Assembly: GCF_006345805.1 (NCBI RefSeq)
Contig: NC_043004.1
Location: 94,116,001-94,180,000 of the forward strand
Direction of reading: 5' to 3'
Length of the DNA: 64,000 bases
From: Octopus sinensis
Lineage: Eukaryota
Each line of letters begins with the position of its first letter. Position 1 is the stretch's first letter. Below the pieces are notes generated by a model that was not told where the DNA came from, made no database searches, and saw only the letters and a program-made list of their open reading frames with translations. Of the stretch, positions 1 through 12,590 are shown one piece after another. The position numbers and the translations under genes were made by a program.

Positions 1-69
1 ATGCATGTATATGCATGTGTATGTATATATAAATATATATAGGTATATAAATATATATAGGTATATAGG

Positions 70-105
<36 letters not shown>

Positions 106-350
106 ATATATATGTATGTATATATATAATGTACACATATATATGTATATATGTATATGTATATATATATATACATACATATATGTAAATATATATATAT
201 ATACATAATACATACTTATAGGTAAATATATATATACATATATATATATACATGCATATATGTAAATATATATATATATACATATACATACTTATAGGTA
301 AATATATATATACATATATATATATACATGCATATATATATATATATATA

Positions 351-384
<34 letters not shown>

Positions 385-530
385 CATATATATATATGTA
401 AATATATATATATATACATATATATATACACACACATATATGCATATGTATTCTTGCATAAATACATACACATGTCTATAAATATTTGTGTGTGCGTAAT
501 GTATCTATACACGCACATACATACACACAT
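1..530. repeat. (TA)n/(TATG)n/(CA)n compound microsatellite; similar tracts recur throughout the window
   Basis: Directly visible di- and tetranucleotide runs; the source of the spurious YI/CV/HT-rich ORFs. Confidence 0.97.
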
Positions 531-654
531 TATAAAACCCACAACCCAGAAACACCTGTGGCACCTGAAAGAATTTTACCTATATCTACCTTATGTGTCC
601 TTGAGTTCTGATATTACGTCACCGTGACTACATTAGGGAGTGGGAAAGAGTGAC

Positions 655-686
<32 letters not shown>

Positions 687-1885
687 GGGTGCGGGAGAAG
701 TAAAATACGAAACAATGAGTTAGCTGGAAAACAACAATAGCTATAACAAGAACAATAAAAAAGAAATACACGTACATAAATACATAAATACATACAAAAC
801 AAAGACTTTATATTCGTACAACTGAAGAAAAAAAAGGGATTAAATGTTGTATTATAGATTGTGAGAAGAGCCAGATATGAGTAAAAGTGTGTGTGTGTGT
901 GTGTGTGTGTGTGACAGAGAGACAGAGAGGGAGAGAGAGAGAAAGAAAGAGAAAGAGAGTGAGAGAGAGAAGGTGTCCTGGTTCTTCGTGGAGTCCCTAA
1001 TTCGTTTCAAGGACATTAGGTCGGTCTACTCAGAGTATAGTGATGACGACAACGGCGATCACGACGATGACACAGAAAAATAAAACAATGAAAAACGAAC
1101 AACAAAACAATGAATAAATAAACAATACGTATAATAGTAGAAAAATAGAAAAAGAGAAACGAATACGGAGGTGGAATGAGAGTTGGGTTAGTGGTTTAAG
1201 TGATTCTTTTTATACGCCTACAGAGAACGAAAATGGATTAACACACAGTGTTAGAAAAGATAGAAAGAAACAAACAAACAAACAAACAAAGATGGAAACG
1301 TAGGATGAGAAGAAATAAAGGTAGGTAGGAAGGAAGGAAGAAATAAAGGTAGGAAAAGAGGAAGGATAATGATTCCTTAGAAAGTGGAAGCTCAATAATA
1401 ATTCGATGGATTCCGTGTTCTTTTATAACGGACTAAATCAAAGACGTGATTTCTTTTTACCGCTTAGTCAGGTAAGGAAGGGCAACGGCTATAACACATA
1501 GTTTTTCTCAGAACCTTCAGGATAGGTAGGAGGCTGCGGGGGAGTTACCCATAACCCGGGGCCTTGGCTGTAATGCTTGCAACAAAGTAAACGTGACCCG
1601 AGACACTCATGTACGAGGGGGTTGATGTTGAACCGGACGACAGAGTAAGAAACTGACAGATAAAAGTGGGCCAGTAAGTTTTCAGGGTAAATAAATAAAT
1701 ATATGATAGTCTAGAGGTGTATTATAACGTAGTAGAGTAACACTGTTTTTGTTTTTTGTCCTTTTTGAAATGGTGGTCAGATTTTTCTTTTTTACAACTT
1801 TGAGGTTTTGCTCTTAAAAAGAAACACACATAAGCAAACACATACACACGCACACCTACACACACAGACATGTATATATACAAAT

Positions 1886-1940
<55 letters not shown>

Positions 1941-2029
1941 CACACGTGCGCGCCGCACATACACCATACACATATAGGTGTGTTACTTTGTAAAAAGAAT
2001 GTATTTTTTGTGTACATATATATTTGGAG

Positions 2030-2133
2030 TTTCCTTTACCGTTAAGGTTAGATCAACAAAAAATACTCCAACCGGCGTGTGACAAATATTGTTTAATGTA
2101 CAAGCTACTAATAGTTTCACATATTGCAGATAT
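2030..2133 (-). mobile_element. Penelope-like pLTR remnant carrying the 3' half of a hammerhead motif
   Basis: Minus strand reads GAAACTATTAGTAGC, identical to 54009-54023; AAAAAATACTCCAACCGG resembles AAAAAAGTACTCCATCTGG (reverse complement of the Penelope 3' end near 54075-54092). Confidence 0.5.
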
Positions 2134-2534
2134 GGGATCTTTTCGGTTTGAACGGCAGTTTTTTAAAATAATTTCCAAGTAACTAAACACTTCTAAACTT
2201 CGTACACTGGTAGAATGTGTTTATAAAACATCTTTTTCTCTTGGCTTCATTGAGAAAATTCTATAGTTTGTAAGATATTTGTTGTTTATTTTCTTCAATT
2301 TCTGCAATTTCAACCAATCACTGACGTCTATTGAGGTGAAAATATTCTGTGCCGCCTTATGAATATGTCCCTCGTTTAAGAAACAGATTGGGTTTATTTA
2401 TATTTCTGAAGAAAAAAAATACCCTTCCCCCCACCCCTAACCTTAAAGCAGATTGAAATACTAGGGTCATAATTATGGGTGACAATTTCATTGACACCGC
2501 TAGAAAAAACTGCCGTTCAAACCGAAAAGATCCC
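2134..2534. mobile_element. MITE, 401 bp, perfect 31-bp TIRs, 6-bp TSD
   Basis: TIR GGGATCTTTTCGGTTTGAACGGCAGTTTTTT at 2134-2164 and its reverse complement at 2504-2534; AGATAT on both flanks (2128-2133, 2535-2540). Confidence 0.92.
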
Positions 2535-2678
2535 AGATATTTTCTTGGCAAGTGTTAATAACACGCCTAGCGTCTCCAAGCAATTTTTAAGCTCTGTGCA
2601 CATGATGGTCTATACAAGTAACAAATCAGGACACCAGAACAAGAGAAATCGCGAGAGGAAGGTGAATACACACACAAA

Positions 2679-2863
2679 GGAGCACTCCGTCGGTTGCGAC
2701 GACGAGGGTCCCAGCTGATACGAGTCAACGGAACAGCTTGCTCATGAAATTAACGTGTAAGTGGCTGAGCACTCTACAAACACGTGTACCCTTAACGTAG
2801 TTCTCGGGGAGATTCAGCGTGACACAGTATGTGACAAGGCTGACCCTTTGAAATACAGGTACT
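2679..2863 (-). mobile_element. SINE family A, 3' portion
   Basis: Matches 10600-10780 (GAGCACTCCGTCGGTTGCGACGA...CCCTTTGAAATACAGGTAC). Confidence 0.85.
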
Positions 2864-2989
2864 ACTCATAAAATTTCCCAAATGTTAAGCTATGCTTGTT
2901 TTCTCTCCTGAGGACGTCTCGTGTATAGTTCTGCAATTTATATTTTCTATGAGGGTCACACTGAAGATTTGCAGATATTTGCGTAATGT

Positions 2990-3980
2990 AAATGGTGACA
3001 ACGAAACCTGGTATGTGACTTTGAGAAAGAGGGAAAAACCTCCTCGTCGAAACAAAACTCCGGAAGAAAACCAAAACTTTCAGATAGGGATCGTCGGACT
3101 CTTACGTGAATTGTTAGAAAGGATCACAAAAGTACAGCTCCCAAAATTACTGCAGGACTTAATGACAACCTCGCGAACACAGTTTTCACAAAAACTGTTC
3201 GCTGGGAGCTGCAAAAAGCCGGATTTCACGAGAGGGCTGCAATCAGAAAACCACTACTTTCAAAAACAACCGTTGCAAAGCGTTTAGAGTGGAGTAAAAA
3301 CCTACAGAATTGGTCCCTAGAGCAGTGGAAGAATGTTATTTTCTCGGACGAATGTTATTTTCTCGGAAGAATGTTGTTTTCTTTACCTTATTTCCGATCG
3401 TCGGCCGAGTATACGTGTGGAGACATTCAAAAGAAGCATTTGACCCAGACTGCCTTCTTCCAACTGTTAAACATGGAGGAGGAACTGTTACGATCTTGGG
3501 GCTACATCTTGGAAATCCGCCGGTCCAATGGTTTCCTTTCATGGCAGAATTAATAGTCAAGACTATTTAAGAATTTTATCTGATCAAAGTTATCCTATGA
3601 TTGCGGAACAGTTTCAGGAGGGAAACGCAATCTTTCAGGATGATAATGCACCAATTCACACAGCCAAATTTGTTACTGAATGGCACGAGGAACATTCTAG
3701 TGAAGATGAACACTTTATCTGGCCACCACAGTCCCCAGATCTCAATATTATTGAACATTTATGATGCATTTTAGAAAAATAAGTAAAGAGTCGATATCCT
3801 CCACCATCATCGCAACAAGAACTGAAAACTGTTATAGCAGAAGAATGGACAAAAATTCCTTTGGAAACAATTCAAACTTTGTACGAGTTCATACTTCATA
3901 GAATTCAAGTCGTAATTACTGCCAAAGGCCGTCCTACCGCATATTAAAATAAATTTGTTTGAAATTTTAAGGTGTTTCCA
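2990..3980 (+). mobile_element. Degenerate Tc1-family transposase (frameshifted, DD36E spacing)
   Basis: Motifs across frames: KPLLSK, WKNVIFSDE, PTVKHGGG, FQDDNAPIH, WPPQSPDLNIIE, EEWTKIP, AKGRPTAY-stop at about 3947. Confidence 0.92.
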
Positions 3981-5146
3981 TATATATGTGTGTGTGTGCG
4001 TGTGTTTGTGTGTGTCATCGCAAATATTCCAGTAAAATGAAGTGCATTACATTCATATGTTGTTACTATCACATTACGATAAAGCCGTTATCTTGCAATA
4101 ATAATGTTGTTAATCTGTTGTCAGCATTCATTGGTTACTCCGGCCAGTCCCTAGAAAATTGTGACTCAATCAAATGAATTCCCTTTTTTTATCAACATAC
4201 CAAAAGGTATTACTAATTTATTGACAATAATAAATGTAAACTAGGTTGTGAAACAGGTTCGAACCAATACAAGTCTTGCTCGTGGTCTACGCTACCCGCC
4301 AAGGACAGTGTTTTGTAACATTCGTACTTTATGGTCATAAAAAATATATATAATAGCAACAGAAGCAGTATCAAAGCCAAAGTAATATTTATCCGCACTT
4401 AAACGTGGATATTCTGTTTGAACCAAAAGCCAACATAAGAATTTCTCTCATGGTATTTACAGCAGCATAGTTTCTTCAAACAGAACATCCGCGTTTATGT
4501 GGGAATAGATATTATCTTTTGAGGTATATGGTACCATTGAATCCCACGGCAACATTTTGTAGTTTCATCATGCAGGAAGCTAACCCTAACCCCCACATTA
4601 CATTACGGCCTTTCCACGCGGTCGCTCGACTGGCTTAGCAGCCATATCTATATTATCTGTCTGCCTTATGCAAAGACGCGTTACCTGGTCGTCGATTTTC
4701 CACAACGAAGCAATAAAGGAAATGCTGTAAATGCAATTCCAATAGAAAACATTTGTTTTTGGTATGTTTCAAAATTAACCAACTGTGTTAAAAAGCAATG
4801 GGATTCCGATAAAAAAAAATGTTCCTGTATTTTTTATATTTTTCACGATGTCGTCATAACTTTTTTTAAAATTTAAACAACAACTGATCTCTGAACATTG
4901 CTCTTCTTTGGAGAAAATAATGAGAAAAGATAAAAGAGAAAATACTGAGGGAATTGTTATAGTAATTAATTAATTAATTAAAGTTTTAAGTTGAAACCTG
5001 CACTGTGGTGACTGACAAAAAACATCTAGTGAGATGTATGAAACTAATTTTTCTGCCAATAGAGGGTGGGGGGATATCTTAGAACTGCACTGCGTTTGAT
5101 TAATGACTCATCTTCCTTCCTTTGTGAGTCCATCTATCTATCTATC

Positions 5147-5214
<68 letters not shown>

Positions 5215-5464
5215 CACATATATATATATATACACACACTCGCCACATGCACACCACACACACAGAGGATGCGAGAGACATTTGAGGACATATTTGGCAA
5301 TTTAATAAAACAACTTTAATCTATTACGGAAATTTTCTTGCATAGCAAGTGACCTGATCTGAGATCGTGTGCTGGAACGAAAACAATTGCAGCGAGGAAG
5401 GTGTTTGTAAGCCATTTAAGAAACACACAAAAGCCGTTAGATTCACTTCAACATTTAAATTTAA

Positions 5465-5515
5465 TTTGTCAAAATATTTTCGTTGCTTTGAGACTGCGAC
5501 CTGTTCACTGACAAA
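5465..5515 (-). ncRNA. Inverted second copy of the G3-C8 HHR-like motif
   Basis: Reverse complement TTTGTCAGTGAACAGGTCGCAGTCTCAAAGCAACGAAAATATTTTGACAAA. Confidence 0.58.
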
Positions 5516-5534
5516 ATTCCATGCTGCACGGAAG

Positions 5535-5585
5535 TTTGTCAGTGAACAGGTCGCTGTCTCAAAGCAACGAAAATATTTTGACAAA
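5535..5585 (+). ncRNA. Minimal type-I hammerhead-like motif, G3-C8 core variant
   Basis: TTTGTCA-GTGAACA-G-GTCGC[loop]GCAAC-GAAA-ATAT-TT-TGACAAA: helix I of at least 7 bp, palindromic helix III AATATT, one mismatch in helix II. Confidence 0.6.
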
Positions 5586-5799
5586 TTAAATTTAAATGTT
5601 GGAGTGAATCTAACGGATTTTGTGTGTTTCTTAAATAGCTTATAAACACCTTCCACGTTGCAACTTTAATCTAGCAAGAATCTAACGGATTTTGTGTGTT
5701 TCTTAAATAGCTTATAAACACCTTCCACGTTGCAACTTTAATCTAGCAAAAATCAAACGTATTTTAATAATAAGAAGAAAAAAAGATATGCGCCGGTTC

Positions 5800-6480
5800 T
5801 CGATAAGCTTTCTCATTAGATTATTCTTTGAATCTAGCTTCATCTTGGATGACTGCTTCATTGGGGGACCGGAATAGCTGACCTGCTTGTACTAAATTTG
5901 TTTCGAACATCACGACAATGGCGGCCTTCAGTACACTCATGGTATTTTGAGGATGTTGATTAGTTTCCCTTTCAATAAAATTCCAAATGTAGTAGTCCAG
6001 TTTGAAGGCCACAAATTTGAGTTACCTGAGTTTTGTAAAAGGGAGCTGAGTGCTGTTGAACGATATATGTCCTTCTACTGTTTATTCAGCACAACATATC
6101 CAGCAGCATTAATTCTAATACTCTATAGAAAGGTGTGATGTGGGCAGGACATAACTTTTGTTTCTCCCCACTCGTAAACCTTCACAGTTTGCAAGAAATT
6201 TAGTGCGCATCAGTCTGGAATCATCAGAAAAGTCTGCACATAATTTATCATTTCTCTTGTTAGACTTGGTTTTGTTCATGTTTTCCTCATCAAAGAAGAA
6301 CCAAAGTACGCCATGTTTGTAAGGGTTTTTAACCTTGTTAAGTGACCGCTTGGCTTGGGTTAAACGGTTTTCCGCTTTTTACAGACGTTAACTGGCTTCT
6401 ATTCATTATATATAACTTGCAGCGAATGTTCTCGTTCATCAGAATTCACTCCGATACATGAAAATCATTGGTAATGGACC
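5800..6480 (-). mobile_element. Highly degenerate Tc1/mariner transposase (maT/DD37D-like C-terminus)
   Basis: LWPS..LDYYIWNFIERETNQHPQNT..LKAAI..FRS..EAVI; upstream YIVQQHSAP and INAAGY. Confidence 0.7.
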
Positions 6481-6842
6481 TCTGTGATGTTCCAGCATCA
6501 TCGTCGATAACGTTGCAAACCCGTTATGTCCCTATAGTGTCCGAGCGTGTAGAATGTTTATTTCTATCTTTGATATAGTGGAAACATTCCTGCCAGAGTT
6601 TTTTAATTCTCTCTCCGAACTTGGTACAGAAAGGCTCTTGCAAATTTAGTAAGTTGGAAACTGCTAAGTCATCGTCTTCTGCATATACTCCAACAATGAC
6701 TGCATAACTTTCATTTCCTGTGCAACATTTCAACCGTTCATCTATCATGGGAGATGTGAAAGAAATAAAACACCTTTTAATTAATCTGAAGAGAGTAATA
6801 TACTGATAATTAAGTGCTCTCAAATACCCTTCGCACGCTGTC

Positions 6843-6876
<34 letters not shown>

Positions 6877-6960
6877 TGTATGTATGTATGTATGTATGTA
6901 TGTATGTATCTATCTATCTATCTATCTATCTATTTATCTACCTATGCATCTATGTATCTA

Positions 6961-7010
<50 letters not shown>

Positions 7011-7015
7011 TACAT

Positions 7016-7488
7016 CAACTTATAAATAAGGGCAAACGAAAACATTTCTAATGCCAAATATGCCGAAAATTGGACATATTGTCCATAACCATATAATAAT
7101 TTATCACACATACGCACGCTACTCGAAAAAAAAAGCCGACAGAAATTTCTAAAAATTCCTTTATTACCATATCGACCGATTTCGGGGTTATTCGTGAGAA
7201 CCCTCCCTTCGTCAGTGAAAAGTGGCAAAGAAATAAATGAGATACTTACTCATACCCAGGATATGAGTAAGTATCTCATTTATTTCTTTGCCACATTTAT
7301 CACTGACGAAGGGAGGGTTCTCACGAATTAACCCTAAAATCGGTCCGATATGGTAATAAAGGAATTTTTTAGAAATTTCTGTCGGCTTTTTTTTCGAGTA
7401 GCGTGCGTATTGTGATAAATTATATGGTAATAGAAAATATCTCCAATTTTCAATAGAAATTTTTTCGTTTGCCCTTATTTATAAGTTG
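7016..7488. mobile_element. Foldback element with about 235-bp arms and a 7-nt loop, next to (TA)n; each arm has a CTGACGA hammerhead-like core
   Basis: 7016-7254 is an imperfect reverse complement of 7262-7488; loop CCCAGGA; minus copy CTGACGA-AGGG...CCCC-GAAA-TCGG-TC; plus copy has GAAA changed to AAAA. Confidence 0.8.
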
Positions 7489-8063
7489 TTTATAATTTTA
7501 ACCTTTAAAGGTATTTTTTAATATGCTGGCCATTGATAACATTATTTTTTCGAAAAAAATTTTATCCTACATTAAATATATATATAATATTGGTGTGTAT
7601 TCATATTTTATTGGTGTGTAAAGAAAAATGATTTTGCACGAGAATCTAAAAAGGTCTATCGAGTCGACGCGACGCAATCTCACCTGCTGTCGTGGCTTTT
7701 CATTTCGTGAGTGGGGGTTTTTAGGCAGAGTTATAGTTATAGACAATGCTATACATTCAACTAAATTGTCTCCCTTTGCTTAACATTATTTTATTCACTC
7801 CAGAACAGAAGTCAGAAACTTCTCCGTCTACTATTCCACAAAGCTTATTAAACCCTAGCTCTAGTAATATTTCCATTTGCTATGGAGAATTTGTTTTTAG
7901 ATTAGCTTCGCCTGCCATAATAACGTTCTTTATTTTTTCTTCCTTATTTTCATTTTCAGAACTTCGTGCTTTTCATTTGCAATCTATGCCCCATGTATAT
8001 TTGTCTTTAGCCTGTTTGGATGAAGCAGTTGAGGTCGAATAAATGAATATATATATATATATG

Positions 8064-8140
<77 letters not shown>

Positions 8141-8298
8141 ATATATATATAAAGGTAGAAGACGTGCATAATGAAGCGAAATAATATCCTAGAATTTACA
8201 AAAATTACATACGCCATGATATTTGATCAAATGTAAATAAATTGCCGAAACCGAAAGAAGATAAAAAAAAGAGAAAAAATAAGGGCCTGCATGATTTG

Positions 8299-8353
<55 letters not shown>

Positions 8354-8368
8354 GGCGTGTGTGTGTTG

Positions 8369-8413
<45 letters not shown>

Positions 8414-9254
8414 GTATATATCGTATATAAAATATATATATAATATATATCATATGTATATCTGATATATAATATATATCATATATACAATATATATATA
8501 TAATATATGTATATCATATATGTATATGTAATGTATGTATGTGTGTATGTATGTTTGTATGTATGTATGTATGTATGTATATATGTATGTATGTATGGAA
8601 CAAAATGAAAACGTGTGGAATACGTGATGGCTTTTGCCTCTCGAGAAAACTTGGTGAAATGCATCCGGTGGATTTGAAAACATTGCATAGATGTTTGTTA
8701 TCTCCCAAATCTCCATCGGTACAATCTTGCATGGTGCGGGGTAATACTGTTGAAAGATGGCAAAATGTTATGCTGTGGTGCTTACTGAATGATGTAGGAG
8801 AGAAAATATACTTGTAGAATAAGCAGACGATAATCATAACACGGAATACATTGCTATAGTAAAGCAAGGAAAACAAGTGTATTTTTTTTAACGAAATTGT
8901 ACAGAGGAAAAGAACATTCGTTGTGTACTGTCATCTGTATATACCTCTTTATATTTTGCTTGTTTAATCTACATACATAAATATATAGACCAAATTAATT
9001 CATATATATATACATGACAAGCTTTTCCTTATGTATAGAAATAATAGAGGCGTGTCTGTTATTGTTGGTGAAAGCATCCTTTAGGATTTCGTATAATTTC
9101 TCTACTAGCAGAGTTCAAATCCCTTCGGAGTTGATGTTTCTGCTCAACGCTTTATAGTTGATCATATAAATAGTAGTGGTGTACTTGATTTGATCAACTG
9201 CACTTTTCCTTTGCAGCAGGCTTTATATAGTCATGTGCATATATATAAATAAAT

Positions 9255-9293
<39 letters not shown>

Positions 9294-9666
9294 ATATATA
9301 TATATATAATATATATGTATGTATATATATGTATGTATGTATATTAAATATATATATATATGTATGTATGTATAATATATATATACAGACACATACATAT
9401 CTATCATATGGTTACAGCATATTTAGCCCTTCTTTTTATTCTTTTTTTTTTTACATTTCCTAACATACTGGAGATCAAGCAAAAGCTAAAAAAATTTGCT
9501 GGCACAATTTTAAAGTTACTGATGCAGATGCACTTCGCATGGAAAGTTAAAAACAAACTACTTTGAAGTTGAAACATTTAGCAAAGTAAGATGAATTTTT
9601 TTTTTTTTAATCGGAGAAAACTCTTATATAGATTGTTATATTAATCATACTTGGGAATACAACTAG

Positions 9667-10412
9667 GACTCCGTCGGTTACGACGACGTGTGTTCCAGTT
9701 GATCCGATCAATGGAACAGCCTGCTCGTGAAATTAACGAGCAAGTAGTTGAGCACTCAAGGGGCACACGTAGTTCTCGGTGAGATTCAGCGTGAGACAAA
9801 ATGTGACAATGGATGGTGGCGAGCTGGCAGAAACGTTAGCACGCCGGACGAAATGCTTAGCGGTATTTCGTCTGCCGTTACGTTCTGAGTTCAAATTCCG
9901 CCGAGGTCCACTTTGCCTTTCATCCTTTCGGGGTCGGTTAAATAAGTACCAGTTACGCACTGGGATCGATATAATCGACTTGATCCCTTTGTCTGTCCTT
10001 GTTTGTCCTCTCTGTGTTTAGGCCCTTGTGAATAGTAAAGAAATAGGTATTTCGTCTGCCATTACGTTATGAGTTCAAATCCCGCCGAAGTCGACTTTGC
10101 CTTTCATCCTTCCGGGGTCGATAAATTAAGTACCAGTTACGCACTGGGGTTGATATAATCGACTTAATCCGTTTGTCTGTCCTTGTTTGTCCCCTCTATG
10201 TTTAGCCCCTTGTGGGCAATAAAAAAATAAGAATGTGGCAATGCTGTCCTTTTTAAATTACAGGTACAATTCATTTTTTTACCAGCTGAGTGGATTAGAG
10301 CAACGTGGAATAAAGTGTCTTGTTCAAGGACACAGCATCTCGCTGGGGATCGAACTCACGAACTGATGATCGTGAGCCGAATGCCACAAACCACTGAACC
10401 ACCCACCTTCAC
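9667..10412 (-). mobile_element. SINE family A-like copy interrupted by a family C dimer
   Basis: Tail 9667-9810 and head 10232-10412 join across the insertion; AATGTG(A/G)CAATG duplicated at both junctions. Confidence 0.75.
9814..10231 (+). mobile_element. SINE family C (Nin/Deu-domain-like), head plus two 184-bp bodies
   Basis: GGCGAGCTGGCAGAA head, B-box GAGTTCAAATTCC, GCCTTTCATCCTTTCGGGGTCGATAAA core; bodies start at 9862 and 10046. Confidence 0.9.
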
Positions 10413-10595
10413 ATACTTCGAAATAACAAAATTTTGAATACCCATGTTTTTCAACCTACACAAGTATTAGTATAAATTATATTTATAATAATTCTCTATG
10501 TCCCAAAGTACTCCTAACGACTCACCAGTGTCCCACCCCAAATACACCATTTGAGTTCTACCCGAGTAAAATACAATCCTAGAGAGCAATCAGTA

Positions 10596-10977
10596 GTAGG
10601 AGCACTCCGTCGGTTGCGACGATGAGGGTCCCAGCTGATACGATGAACGGAACAGCCTGCTCGTGATATTAACGTGCAAGTGGCTGAGCACTCCACAGAC
10701 ACGTGTACCCTTAACGTAGTTCTCGAGGAGATTCAGCGTGACACAGAGAGTGACATGGCCGGCCCTTTGAAATACAGGTACAAGAGAAACAGGAAGAAAG
10801 AGCGAGAGAAAGTTGTGGTGAAAGAGTACAGCAGGGTTCACCCCCACCCTGCCGGAGCCTCGTGGAGCTTTAGGTGTTTTCGCTCAATAAACACTCACAA
10901 TGCCCGGTCTGGGAATCGAAACCGCGATCCTCCGACCGCGAGTCCGCTGCCCTAATCACTGGGCCATTGCGCCTCCA
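10596..10977 (-). mobile_element. Full-length tRNA-derived SINE family A with 9-bp TSD
   Basis: Head GGAGGCGCAATGGCCCAGTGATTAGG...TTTCGATTCCC (A and B boxes); TSD CAATCAGTA at 10587-10595 and 10978-10986. Confidence 0.92.
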
Positions 10978-10989
10978 CAATCAGTAACC

Positions 10990-11036
10990 GTTCTCTGATG
11001 AGGTGTTAATAAATGCTGAAACTAGACTGGTCAAAC
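10990..11036 (+). ncRNA. Candidate solitary hammerhead motif
   Basis: CTGATGA-GGTGTT[AATA]AATGCT-GAAA-CTAGACTGG-TC; helix II is G-U rich and helix I is weak. Confidence 0.4.
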
Positions 11037-11111
11037 TCCTCTTATAGGCACAAGAGACTAAACACGGCGTCCACTTTTCGCAGAAAGGTTAAATGTGTGA
11101 TATCTTTTACA

Positions 11112-11495
11112 TTTTATGTTTTACTTGTGTCAGTAATTGGGCAACGGCCATGCTGGAGCACCGAATTGATTGGCTTACTGGAACAAATTGACTCCAATAC
11201 TTAGATTTTAAGCCTCGTACTACTTATCCTATCGGTTTCTTTCTGCCGAACCACTACGTTACGAGGACGTAAACAAACCAACACCGATTGTCAGTCGGTG
11301 GTGAGGGACAAACACATACACGCGCACACTCACAAATACATATACACATTACACAATAGGCTTCTTTCAGTTTTCATCCAGCAAATCCACTCAGTAGGCT
11401 TTAATCGGTCAGCGGCTATAGTAGAAGACACTTGTTCAAGGTGCCAAGCAGAGGCATTGACCCTAAAACCTTATATTGAGACGCAAACTTCATTG
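11112..11495 (-). mobile_element. SINE family B, diverged
   Basis: CGGCCATGCTGGAGCACCG and GCTATAGTAGAAGACACTTG motifs. Confidence 0.8.
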
Positions 11496-11549
11496 CCAAA
11501 GTTTGTACAAGATTATATTCTTGTTGTATCTATGTAACATTTATTTTAA

Positions 11550-11570
11550 TATATTATTATTATAATTATA

Positions 11571-11624
<54 letters not shown>

Positions 11625-11865
11625 TAGCTTATATGGGTTTTTCCACGAGTAACATTTCAAAGCGCCTCCCCCTATTGGGAGTTTTATTTGTTATATTTTT
11701 CGCTGCTATTTTAACGTTTACACGGACCTTTCTTTTTCGCAAAACCCTTTGTACTTTTCGTTCTGTGTTTGTCTTTACATGTTTTTTTTTATTTATGTTA
11801 GCCCTTGTGCCCAATAAAACGAGAATTTATTATTATTATCATTATCGTTATTATTATTATTATTA

Positions 11866-11899
<34 letters not shown>

Positions 11900-11920
11900 A
11901 TTATTATTATTATTATTATC

Positions 11921-11952
<32 letters not shown>

Positions 11953-11983
11953 TAACATTATTATTATTATCATTATTACTATT

Positions 11984-12024
<41 letters not shown>

Positions 12025-12110
12025 ATTATTATTATCATTATTATTATTATCATTATTACTTATTATTATTATTATTATTATATTATTATTGTTATTATTA
12101 TTATTATATA

Positions 12111-12163
<53 letters not shown>

Positions 12164-12310
12164 TTTTTATTATTTCCTTTTCTTTCTTCATTCTTCAAAT
12201 TTTCTTCCGTTTCTCGCCGAGTGTTTTCCATACACCTAGGGCAGAGAAGGGCATTGTAATGCATTCCCAGATTACACGCGCAAATTCACAGATAAAATAT
12301 GTATTTAAAA

Positions 12311-12376
<66 letters not shown>

Positions 12377-12590
12377 GTAGTATTAGTATGTCTACTACTA
12401 TTAATACTATTATCATTGCTATTAATACTAATGCTAGTAGCAATAGTACTACTACTACTATTACTACCACAGCTGCCGCTACTACTGCTACTGCTGCTGC
12501 TACTCTTACTATTACTGTTATTGCAACTATTATTACTGTTGCTGTTGCTGCTGCCGATACTACTATTACTACTACTTCTAGTACTGGTAT
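11550..12590. repeat. Long (TTA)n field grading into (CTA/CTG)n, with two short retroelement 3'-UTR-like inserts (11630-11825, 12165-12310)
   Basis: Direct inspection. Confidence 0.92.

Larger units (their letters stand above)
5324..5660. mobile_element. Foldback element with about 135-bp inverted arms, each carrying an HHR-like motif; 13-bp TSD
   Basis: Arms about 5387-5523 and 5528-5663 are reverse complements; CAACTTTAATCTA at 5311-5323 and 5661-5673; the right end is tandemly duplicated (5608-5678 / 5679-5749). Confidence 0.85.

Noticed and set aside
6524-6823. 99-aa minus ORF (GVYAEDDDL)
   Set aside because: No recognisable family or clear splice signals; adjacent to a decayed transposon
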